In this document: one piece after another, positions 9,601 through 16,427 of the stretch | Layout of the letters: the number at the start of each line of letters is the position of its first letter | Position numbering within the stretch: the stretch's first letter is position 1 | Assembly: GCA_026387165.1 (NCBI GenBank) | Contig: JAPLMG010000099.1 | Span: 1-33,644 of the forward strand | DNA: 33,644 bases | Reading direction: 5' to 3' | From: Candidatus Omnitrophota bacterium | GTDB taxonomy: Bacteria; Omnitrophota; Gorgyraeia; 2-01-FULL-45-10 | Made by a program: the position numbers and the translations under genes | The notes under the pieces: generated by a model | The model's input: only the letters and a program-made list of their open reading frames with translations | Told to the model about the DNA's origin: nothing | The model's database searches: none

Positions 9601-10220
9601 AGTCTAAAGGTCTTTTCCGAAGCCAGCCGGGCCATGGAGTCCCGCCAGATCGTGTCGAGACTTTCCACCCTGGCGCCCGGGTTTTTATGTTCCGGGGGCA
9701 CCGTTACAACATCTACCGCATAGAGGCTGCCCGAACCGCGCTCCAATAGCGTTTCACCGTCAGCGACCGGCATCCCGGACGGAAAACCCGAGGCCGAGTA
9801 TACCCTTGCCTCCATGGACCCGCCGTAAGGAATATAAAGAACTCCCGCCTTCGGGTCCATCCTGATATTCGCGACATCGAACCTGGCAAGCTCTTCGGCG
9901 AACGACGGTGAAACATCCGCGTACCGCATGATCTCGCGGACGATGTCGGCTGCGGGCATTCTCTCCCTGCCTACCAACAGGGAAGCGTAGAGGTCGAACG
10001 CTATCGACAGGAACTCCTTCTTCGATATGAGCGCGTGATTGAATTCTTCGGAATGTTCATCGGGGTGTGACGACCTGAAGACGGATGGCGCCGCAAGCGT
10101 GGATACTTCGTTTAAACTTTTAGGATCGGCGTAAACTTCCGGGCCGGAGATCTGGCTTAATAGAAAGGCCCAGACCAACAGCCCCGAAATGATATGTCGA
10201 AACATCTTGTTGCCGCTCAT
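3693..10220 (-). CDS. Giant exported multidomain protein (2175 aa): signal peptide, uridine-kinase/PRK-like P-loop domain, kinase-like domain(s), phosphofructokinase domain, conserved C-terminal domain
   Basis: Uninterrupted 6.5-kb ORF. N-terminal FRHIISGLLVWAFLLSQ...VYA. P-loop GITGSAASGKTT..FDDW..IIEGIL. Kinase-like RIKG..HDQGYSHRWPHIGN..LRDL. PFK motifs SGGDCAGLN, GGND, PKTIDND, EGMGR, LIPE, AAEG, LGFTPRG. TAA stop. Confidence 0.9.
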   Translation of the reverse strand: MSGNKMFRHIISGLLVWAFLLSQISGPEVYADPKSLNEVSTLAAPSVFRSSHPDEHSEEFNHALISKKEFLSIAFDLYASLLVGRERMPAADIVREIMRYADVSPSFAEELARFDVANIRMDPKAGVLYIPYGGSMEARVYSASGFPSGMPVADGETLLERGSGSLYAVDVVTVPPEHKNPGARVESLDTIWRDSMARLASEKTFRLYRRFSHKERERLNEEQVYREIFDSRMFPKIRKVRAADRQNKKTSVITIGITGSAASGKTTIAATVQKELSEEFSNVRIIYFDDWLLQASDREIDPVTKKTTEDVLKKFEAGLFNSSMKAFIRGQDLLKPVYGQTAKGTLKLTLDDKGAPVILFGPRRKIYIVESQKGPVLSVRDEAGKVIEEAAAVEQFGITLGVEKGAKIGEIILRMIDTFMRIGPLEENGGRSVRIMDDKGNPAKDMIDPDSGELIAETAVTITNGGYIGKDGKLNGKPWKIKERIPHEEGIFIIEGILSLYDDPDVPQEKRLPSLYTTSLFIDANFEIRLERGFARERSRAETRNGRPMPLEDALKYVNLFMQRKEKLEDPFIYAARDRAEFVGTTESRAESIFSLYRKGQLLEDKFAPVVMMMGLDPQQLYEELDRIEEDYVLNELRRSSSGGELQYERKIESTSYDVFFLKNGMVVKAPKTDRALPDIGFLALVGGDFVVPTSFVNFAKLNIKIDGKIIPRVLIQNRITSFGEVLAQADTAEAAGYVDLWFGLQENLWKLGIVDKAPGFGRYGSMMTNLGKPSALLFSVDGIGNKEDDFKAANLWNISDSIRPDIKAYFVKKSGEFIKFTRQGSFGCAESWKVLPRLYDPALSSLQIDYISSIMMERKTVHLWRLFKRIKLPENASPEIVWTRLWLDTIARHTWSASGAINAFYKELLKDPLRIKGAKPHELRDYIFSISPPLSRQDKAQINKFLTYLCRIPLKMIEVGAAKNDTKSTLRIKPQVYDRMAPKDRRDLMKVLAAANPEKLKKIIDSSAGRIRVSYDETMPDEGRTVYIRLRDRIEVDGMSLGLLRIKGARPVVEKDKRSVKDYKGWGSVRRVMESYSSGAILVRPGHPGPLGSLLYPEALTEYELMERFHGSKCGADLPIGVGRYRDLRYKNGPVGYVICGMEFDDHRLGFLQFGRNGVEPGRIALVNIPAGLATDISPGLPSIYEKIGLSLRYFHDQGYSHRWPHIGNIGLRTDDDLAWRIILRDLNDAQDISTNSLAERAADRFLDVSRVLYDALKIREYEDVVDDTREWGTVNFPGLAESFLKGYFRELDPDGSEFRAILISMGNGFVERLDAMVGDRSDLNYEELSENSHHFGSIIAALRKVEEENSRQTAKAVSDLKDPRNAWPAWGDTGAENRCLVFVSGGDCAGLNPFIGYLSSELAAQGIAVAGVNKGLEGLIKSDFSRNIVPVGREMSARMPYWSSVDFGSTRKSLEDGSDEAKQAIANIAATARTIVVIGGNDHLNEAAKLAELLKPYGITVIAIPKTIDNDTMNTTALGVLSSVAIAREEVYRAAAVPGSNRCVIVEGMGRNMGSLALQAANRYPDNFKELSPHLQRKIEYSRPTIMTLIPEHIVSIEGIRKQALARMRRYGGVTVVAAEGFKLSKDDPDYDRLIKDNPVLAAAIKNIREDAHHNLIIPQGIAAEFIAAILKELHPEIEVLGFTPRGTVPTEGERNFARGLAKKAAEAVKERSTGQGVACSDLYQDPDRGVIKLVPVGTIAGKTPEGKSLVKRLDQIITESDQIKAGAILRDDQPLEEFGAVAMPAMPRQKSLVAVAGAVLAVAKSAWAHSRPSILHIDGPDADKVVAGIRDTIESVGIRNEGIAHDIDLVKKSFILFHGGTRTTLSDIIRQVYNINSKNKYVNIILSGNFRISKTDSLLPSLVEKSEELAARLKASEKRSKNSTDYVFNGKTKDLGQVLKLILLNAEQPSADMKKMTDVRLTSLGSSLNALPGEEHVSAAELSMQAIHEAHRILAPAAIDKSRMVFHVIDPMLIPEEQAGLATLINKLTRGDDFKEKVVIGKGWEPLEDTIAGILKKYPDAIIDVATRDPAKQAQLEKANILSLVFKPELGECNFRQLEGIIAALRAVQRNDREALLKIYAILTGIKITESMPEDIRDLIKRLIFTLPAVEIKDSSELRRLNDNLLEFIRSA
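4950..6085 (-). other. PfkA-superfamily phosphofructokinase domain
   Basis: Motifs SGGDxxGxN, GGND, IPKTIDND, VEGMGR and LGxxxRG in the correct order. Confidence 0.85.
6200..7150 (-). other. Protein-kinase-like fold domain (atypical kinase or phosphotransferase)
   Basis: LRIKG lysine strand, HxxGxxHxxxHxGN catalytic-loop-like segment, and LRDL Mg-binding-like segment. Confidence 0.5.
8470..9470 (-). other. Uridine kinase/phosphoribulokinase-like P-loop domain with a large insertion
   Basis: IGITGSAASGKTT, YFDDW, KPVY, IIEGILSL, LFIDA..IRLER..RE. Confidence 0.8.
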
Positions 10221-10248
10221 TAATATGGTATATGCGCAAGTTTAAGCG

Positions 10249-12855
10249 TTACAGCGATATAAGGGCCTGTTGGGCTGCCTTATAAGCTGCCGCGGCTTCT
10301 GAAGGATTGACCGGCACTATCTTAGGCAGTATCATAAGAACGCCTCTTGATAACAATGCCTCGACATCATCTTTGGTGAACGGTCTGTTGTCAGGGTTTA
10401 TGGCTATCCTGTTTAAAGACAGGAGGACGTCATCGATCGAAGAGTCGTAGGCTATTCTCAAGGCCACTTCGTACAGCCCTATTATGGGTATGTACCTGTT
10501 GTCCGGATTCTGTATATTGAGGACCTTACCTATCCTGGTGAGGTACTGGCCCACTTCATTCATAGTGCTGTTTCCCGCGATAGTCACCACCTTGTAAGGA
10601 ATGCCTGCTGCCTGCAGCTCCTGCGCGGCCTGAGCGATATTATCCAATAGCTTCCTGCCCGTTGCCCTGATGTCTACCAGCTTGCCTTCAAGATATTTGT
10701 TTATCGGCCGCTCACCAGCCTGCGCCACCTGTCCGGGCGCGACCGCCGTATCATGCGCGATTATGACCGCCCTGTTGTCGAGCGCGCCTCTCAGTGCCAA
10801 TGAAGCGAGATACTTCTGCAACGAATCTCTTTCCGGTATAGTCGAAACCTGATAGATCTGCTCGGCCGTCACCTTTCCGGCGCCTTCCCCGGCGGGATAC
10901 TTCTTCTCGCCGTCCCGGCCGGCCCTGGATAGCCGCGCAAGCTCTCCGGTAAAGCTTTCATAGAACGCCTTTATCAGCGCTTTTACATCCTCATCGGCCT
11001 CATTGCACTCAAATAGTACGGTCGGCGACACTTCGGCCATGCGCCTTATATTCGGCATGGTCATGGCATCATTGGTCTGGTGCACATTTGCGCCCTCGAC
11101 AGTAGCGCCGTCCCCTTTTCTCGGCGGAACGAGCTGCCTCTTCTCGACGGCCTTCCCGCCTCCGGCATCGACCTCGATATCAACCGTGTTCTTAAATCCC
11201 CTGCCGGTCACCTTATTGTCGATGAGCCTTCTCGTATTTATGAAGATGTTTACTGTCTTGTCGCCTAAAAGCGGCCCGGGCGTATTTGATTCCGCCTGAT
11301 TGGCAAGATTCCCCTCAAGCCCCTTATGCGACCAGAGCGGGAAGAGGGCAGTCTGCACGATCCACCCCTGCCTGCCAAGTTCTGATCCGTAGGCTTCTCT
11401 TCTCAGGCCCCCGACAAATTCCTGCAGGCCCTCACTGCCGACGAACAGGTTTAGCCTGTCGCGCCCTTTTAATTTCCCGGCGAGCTGCGCGGCGATATCT
11501 TTGCCCAGCTGTCTTGCCTGCGTTGCCGTATTCATGGCATTTTGCTTTCCGTCAGCGCCTATGGCGGGAGATCCGGGATTGCCCGAGCTAACCAGAAGCT
11601 CTGTTTTGCCCTGACCTATAAGATCCTGCGCATACTTTCTTTCATTGTCTCTCCACCCGGCAACTCTGTCTGACGTATATTCGCGGACCTTCTTCACGTT
11701 AGGGTTAGAATTGGCATCGACCCTGAGAAGAGAGGTAAAGACCGTCACCAGATCCGTCCATAATATATCCAATGCCGCCTGCTGGTTTGGCGTCATGCCG
11801 ACGTCAATTACCTTGCCTGTGCCATCGGTGATCTTTGTGCCTTCCACGGTAAGGATCATCACGGGCATCGCTTCAGCGACGCTCTTCACCCTTTTCCTGT
11901 CCTTGTCATATGTGGGCGATGATCTGTCCAGAAGCGCCATGCCGACACATTTCTTACCGGCCGGACTGCTCACAAGCGTTTCCAGTACTGCCGGCGGTTC
12001 ATAGACCTCATCGGCAAGATCATGAATACCCATGGAAATAACATCTCTTTTGTTCGAGCCTTCCATTATATACTGTTCCCATTCGGTTCCCGCGCGGCGC
12101 AGGGACTCCGTATTTGTCATGAATACGATATGCTCGGCGCCAAGCAAGTACATGGCGCCATGCAGGAATCTCCCTGCGCTGACGGGAAGCGATCCATCCT
12201 CATCGGAGAAATCATTCGCCCGGTCGAATTTGTCATGGAGCCTGGCAAATTCTACGGAATCCATTGAAGGCAGGAAGATGCCAGCTATAGTCTGTACCGT
12301 ATAGTAGATGGAGGTCTTTCTATGCATGTTTCTGCCGCCTATATCGGGGCTGAGCTCTATGACTAAGGGCGCGACGGTGGTCTTTTCGGTCTTGCTTCTC
12401 GCTTGCGCCGCCGCTATTGCTATGTCCTTACTGGGCCCGCCGTTAACTATCGCTATACGCTTATTAAATCCTTCCTGCAGTGAACGGCTTGCCACCTCCA
12501 GGCCTTCCCAGGTCGCCCCGGATCGTGTTATGTCCACAAAGATCGTGGAATCCGGTTTGATCTTGCCTTCGCTGTAGAGGCGCGCGAACTCCCTCGCTGT
12601 CGCCGCGTGATACCAGACCGGCGCGCCGGCCGGCTTATTTTCATTGTACATCTTAATCAACGACCACATGAACTGATCATTGGCGCCTATTCCGTTGGTC
12701 ACTATAGCTTTGAGATTTTGGCCATTCGGGCCGAACGCCTGCTCTATGAAAGAGCGGATCTTTCCGTACCATTCAGGTTTAAAATAGTTTTCGAAAAATT
12801 GCAAAACAGTCTGCTTAGTCCCGGTCCCGCGGTAGTTATATCCTCCCCGCGCCAT
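10249..12855 (-). CDS. C-terminal fragment: glucose-6-phosphate isomerase-like (SIS) domain plus conserved C-terminal domain
   Basis: Motifs VTNGIGAN (cf. GIGGS), DITRSGAT (cf. SKSGTT), DIGGR, EQYIMEGSNK (cf. QLxxESxGK) and NPNVKK (cf. QPGVExxK). Linker DGEKKYPAGE precedes the C-terminal domain. No RBS is evident at 12855. Confidence 0.7.
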   Translation of the reverse strand: MARGGYNYRGTGTKQTVLQFFENYFKPEWYGKIRSFIEQAFGPNGQNLKAIVTNGIGANDQFMWSLIKMYNENKPAGAPVWYHAATAREFARLYSEGKIKPDSTIFVDITRSGATWEGLEVASRSLQEGFNKRIAIVNGGPSKDIAIAAAQARSKTEKTTVAPLVIELSPDIGGRNMHRKTSIYYTVQTIAGIFLPSMDSVEFARLHDKFDRANDFSDEDGSLPVSAGRFLHGAMYLLGAEHIVFMTNTESLRRAGTEWEQYIMEGSNKRDVISMGIHDLADEVYEPPAVLETLVSSPAGKKCVGMALLDRSSPTYDKDRKRVKSVAEAMPVMILTVEGTKITDGTGKVIDVGMTPNQQAALDILWTDLVTVFTSLLRVDANSNPNVKKVREYTSDRVAGWRDNERKYAQDLIGQGKTELLVSSGNPGSPAIGADGKQNAMNTATQARQLGKDIAAQLAGKLKGRDRLNLFVGSEGLQEFVGGLRREAYGSELGRQGWIVQTALFPLWSHKGLEGNLANQAESNTPGPLLGDKTVNIFINTRRLIDNKVTGRGFKNTVDIEVDAGGGKAVEKRQLVPPRKGDGATVEGANVHQTNDAMTMPNIRRMAEVSPTVLFECNEADEDVKALIKAFYESFTGELARLSRAGRDGEKKYPAGEGAGKVTAEQIYQVSTIPERDSLQKYLASLALRGALDNRAVIIAHDTAVAPGQVAQAGERPINKYLEGKLVDIRATGRKLLDNIAQAAQELQAAGIPYKVVTIAGNSTMNEVGQYLTRIGKVLNIQNPDNRYIPIIGLYEVALRIAYDSSIDDVLLSLNRIAINPDNRPFTKDDVEALLSRGVLMILPKIVPVNPSEAAAAYKAAQQALISL

Positions 12856-12893
12856 GTCGGCGCCGACCGCAGACTGATACTGCTGAAGCGCTA

Positions 12894-15800
12894 TCAGCTG
12901 CTTAAGGTCGGCCGTGCTGCCGTCAGGGACAAGGAGCTTTTTCCGTATGTCAGGGACAACTGCTCTATAAGTCCGCTCACATCTACGGAATCGAGAATGA
13001 TCCTCTCCAGCCGCAATGGCGTCAAGTCCGTCAATCTCAGGCCCTTTATTTGGATGCTTATGAATTTCTCCAGCAGGACTCTGCTGAACAACGCATCTGT
13101 CAGTATATATGTTTCGTCCCCGGTCACTTCCGCTAAACCGGCCTGCGCCATGTTCTTTAAAGCCGCTGTTCTTTTGATCCCGACCGATTCGGCAAAATTG
13201 GTCAGAAGCGTATTTGTATCAATTTTTGACCTTACCGCATCCCGGACCCTGGCCTTGTCCATTTTGAGAACGGACGCCAATCTTGAAATATCCTGTTCAA
13301 ATGTCATGCTCGCTATCTCACTTGTCAGCGGCATTACCTTCAATAACTCAGGTAAATATCCGAGCGAGCTCTTAGCCTTACCGTCCCCTCTATTGATGCT
13401 TACAACAAGTCCGTAGATAGAAGCCCTGCGCACATCTACGCCGCTATCACTCAAATATTTGACAGCCGCGTCGTCGACAGTCAGAGGGGCCGTGCTCTTC
13501 TTGGCCATGTTGGCCGGATCGCCCGCGGCCCGCGTAGTGAGATAGATCCTGTCGAATAAGAGCGTGGCGAACTGCGCCGACTGCGCCGTTACCCGGCTCA
13601 GAAGTTCCGGATCATTCCTAATCGCCCACTCATAGCGCTCGACCCCATAGGGCACGGCTATAGAGCGCTCTTCGATATATTCGTCTATGAGCAGCTTAAA
13701 TACGCTGAGGCCCAGCTTCTCTATGCCATCGGGCTTGTTACGCAGCGCAATGCCGACCCTTGACGCGATATCACTCTTGTAATCGCCTTTACGCGTCAGG
13801 TCATCATACTCTTTGTCGTAGTCAAGCAATTTTATATAGTCCACCTGGTCGCTTATGAGCGCCGTATCAAATAGTTCGGCGAATTTGGCGCCGCTTATCT
13901 TCTCGATAAAATTGATCAGCTCGCTGAGGCTCAATCCTACAGTCTCGTTGTCCTCGTTGGGATTAAATACGAAGATGCTCCTCACGCCCCTCGCCCTGGC
14001 GGCTTTGATCGCCTCTACTACGCCATCGCATAACAGGTGGGAACAGAGCGATGTAAAGAAGCTGCCCGGCCCGGTCAATATATAGCCGCCGCTCGAGACG
14101 TTATTGATCATTTCAACGGCCACCTGGTTGGTATCGTCCCGGGATATCGATTTCGCTTCCGCGGAGGGAGCGGAAAATACCCGGTGCTCTTCCCTTACTT
14201 CATTGCCTCCCTCGGCGCTCACGACTATATTCTCTTCTTTAACTTCGGCAAAACCATACTCCACTATCTTTGAGAGATTTACCGTTTCGGTAACGTGCGT
14301 CTGCATGGCGATAAAGCGCGGGACAAAGAGAGCGCCCAGGCCCTCGCCGTTGAAACCGAGCACTTTGTCCTTATAACCACATCCCGGATTGTCATTCTTT
14401 AGCCTTATCTTTTTATCGTCCTTAACAAGATATGTGACATCCCCGGACTCGCTTTCGTCGACCACCCAGTGGTCCCCGTTAAGCGAAAAATACGCCTTGC
14501 CCTCTTTGTCGAGGCCGACCTCTATCGCGTTTAAGATATTTCCGTGGCTGTCCAGTGTCTTGATCAGTATATCCTGTCCTCTCGATAAAGTCTTTATAAG
14601 GGGTGTGCCTGAAATCCGGCTCGCCTCGTCCGTACCGTCAGGATTTCTGATAACCATGCTCGGGCCATGCCTCTGGTCTATGGTCACCACAAGGCTATTG
14701 CCGTTATTTTCGGTATGAAAGCGCGTGTTCCTCTGTATCTTTTCATCGAGGCTGATATTTTCCCACCACGCAAGAACGTTGTCCTGATATCTTGCATATA
14801 CAACCGAGGGCTTAAAACTCGACATGCTGACCTGCCCGTTCGTGATGCCTACGGCCTTCGCAAGTCTGTTAACAGCCATTTGGTATCTGCGCATCTTATC
14901 TTTCGTATCAACGGCATTCCTGCCCTCCGGTAACCGGAGGTCCCTTACGAAGACACCCTCGTCATATAAAACCGCCAGGAGAAGCAGGTTTCGTATGCTC
15001 TGGTTCTGTTTTAGGAGCGTCTTCATGTTAAAGATCGGTTTGCCGTCGAACCCCGGGATACCTTTATCCACTATGTCGGCAAGATTTAACAGGTTCGCGC
15101 TGAACGTCAAAAAATCCGCGCTTAAATTTCTCTCGTGAGACCTTCTGATGCTTTCGAGATTTCTAGGCTTTCTCTGCTCCAGGGCCGCGGCAAGAAGCGC
15201 TTCCGCTCCGTCATATCGCATGTCAAGATTTACTGCCTGGGAAGTCTTCGCCAGCCCTATACCGGCCAGCGTCACCTTTATTTTCTCGAGGCATTCTCCC
15301 GCCTTTTCGAAATCTCCCGCATCCATCGCCGCAAGCGCCTGACCGAATAAATTATCCCTTATCTTCGCCTGCCGTAAAGCTATTGCCATGACATCTCTTA
15401 AGCTCATCCCGAGAAGCTCTTCTTCGCTCAGGCCCATATACCCGATCTTTATCCTTCCGCTGTCATCAAGCATGGTAAATATCTTGTCTGCTTTAAGGAA
15501 GCTGTTAAAGAGAGAATTTACCTGGTCGCCAAGAGGAGGCGTTATCCCATAACCGTTCTCTCTGAGCGCATTTATAATGTGCTGCGTGGCGCCCCCGTCA
15601 TCGACGTTGGTAACAAGCGCGTTGATCGAAAGGCCCGGATTGAGGCCCAAAAGGATCGGAGCCCATAACCTGGATGCCGAGCCCCCGGAAAGCAGAAGGA
15701 CGTCCGAAGAAAAGTCAGGCGGACCCTGCGCCGTTTGGCTTACGCCTGAAAGCTTCTGGCGGAGTTTCTTTGCATCGTCGCCGAACCTGCCTATAACGAT

Positions 15801-16376
15801 ATCGACAACGCTCGCCTTGTTCCTGGCGGCCTCTTCCAGCAGGTCTCTTTGCAATTCTCTTTCATTTCCGCCGTAAACATCCAATAGCCTGCCGTAATTA
15901 TCTGTTTTTTGAAGCGCTTCGCTGAATTCATTTCCGGAGGCTCCGGCCGGATAACTCTTCTCTCCATCCTTCGGAGGTTCGGAGACGGCTGTGCCGCCGC
16001 TGAGGCGCGCGTAAAGGATGTGGAAAGCGCTCTTGAATTCAGCGTTGCCGGTTATGGCTGCCGCTATTTCCTTCGCACGGGCTTGCGGCTGATCGGCACT
16101 GATTAAAGCGGCCTCCATCGCGCCCCTGTACGCATCGAGCATGATCGCTTCGTTCTGAGCGTATCCTCTCTCGCTCGCAATCATGAGGGTCTTATCGAGC
16201 CACCTCTGGACCCCAAAAGACTCCCAGCCTCGCTCAACCCGCCGCTCTCTCGCTATGATCTCTTTTATAAGAGCTTCAAGCTGATCCTTATCTACGCCGT
16301 CAACCTCTGAAAGGATCACCTTTATGCGCTCCTGGCTTATGCCGACGAGCCTCGATAACAGTATCGGGGCGAGCAT
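12894..16376 (-). CDS. Middle fragment: YvcK/GlmR-CofD (UPF0052)-like domain with insertions
   Basis: Motifs LLSGGSA, VTNVDDGGAT, PPLGD and GPGSFFTSL..L. Preceded by linker DGEKSYPAG. Confidence 0.7.
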   Translation of the reverse strand: MLAPILLSRLVGISQERIKVILSEVDGVDKDQLEALIKEIIARERRVERGWESFGVQRWLDKTLMIASERGYAQNEAIMLDAYRGAMEAALISADQPQARAKEIAAAITGNAEFKSAFHILYARLSGGTAVSEPPKDGEKSYPAGASGNEFSEALQKTDNYGRLLDVYGGNERELQRDLLEEAARNKASVVDIVIGRFGDDAKKLRQKLSGVSQTAQGPPDFSSDVLLLSGGSASRLWAPILLGLNPGLSINALVTNVDDGGATQHIINALRENGYGITPPLGDQVNSLFNSFLKADKIFTMLDDSGRIKIGYMGLSEEELLGMSLRDVMAIALRQAKIRDNLFGQALAAMDAGDFEKAGECLEKIKVTLAGIGLAKTSQAVNLDMRYDGAEALLAAALEQRKPRNLESIRRSHERNLSADFLTFSANLLNLADIVDKGIPGFDGKPIFNMKTLLKQNQSIRNLLLLAVLYDEGVFVRDLRLPEGRNAVDTKDKMRRYQMAVNRLAKAVGITNGQVSMSSFKPSVVYARYQDNVLAWWENISLDEKIQRNTRFHTENNGNSLVVTIDQRHGPSMVIRNPDGTDEASRISGTPLIKTLSRGQDILIKTLDSHGNILNAIEVGLDKEGKAYFSLNGDHWVVDESESGDVTYLVKDDKKIRLKNDNPGCGYKDKVLGFNGEGLGALFVPRFIAMQTHVTETVNLSKIVEYGFAEVKEENIVVSAEGGNEVREEHRVFSAPSAEAKSISRDDTNQVAVEMINNVSSGGYILTGPGSFFTSLCSHLLCDGVVEAIKAARARGVRSIFVFNPNEDNETVGLSLSELINFIEKISGAKFAELFDTALISDQVDYIKLLDYDKEYDDLTRKGDYKSDIASRVGIALRNKPDGIEKLGLSVFKLLIDEYIEERSIAVPYGVERYEWAIRNDPELLSRVTAQSAQFATLLFDRIYLTTRAAGDPANMAKKSTAPLTVDDAAVKYLSDSGVDVRRASIYGLVVSINRGDGKAKSSLGYLPELLKVMPLTSEIASMTFEQDISRLASVLKMDKARVRDAVRSKIDTNTLLTNFAESVGIKRTAALKNMAQAGLAEVTGDETYILTDALFSRVLLEKFISIQIKGLRLTDLTPLRLERIILDSVDVSGLIEQLSLTYGKSSLSLTAARPTLSS

Positions 16377-16427
16377 GCTCCCTTTTACATTTTTAGCGTC
16401 CGCCGCGCCCGTATCGGATAGTATCTC

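Noticed and set aside
12930-13050. Programmed -1 ribosomal frameshift site
   Set aside because: No canonical X XXY YYZ heptamer is in the right frame (only GGA AAA AGC and ATA AAG), and no clear stimulatory hairpin was seen. A 1-nt deletion is simpler.
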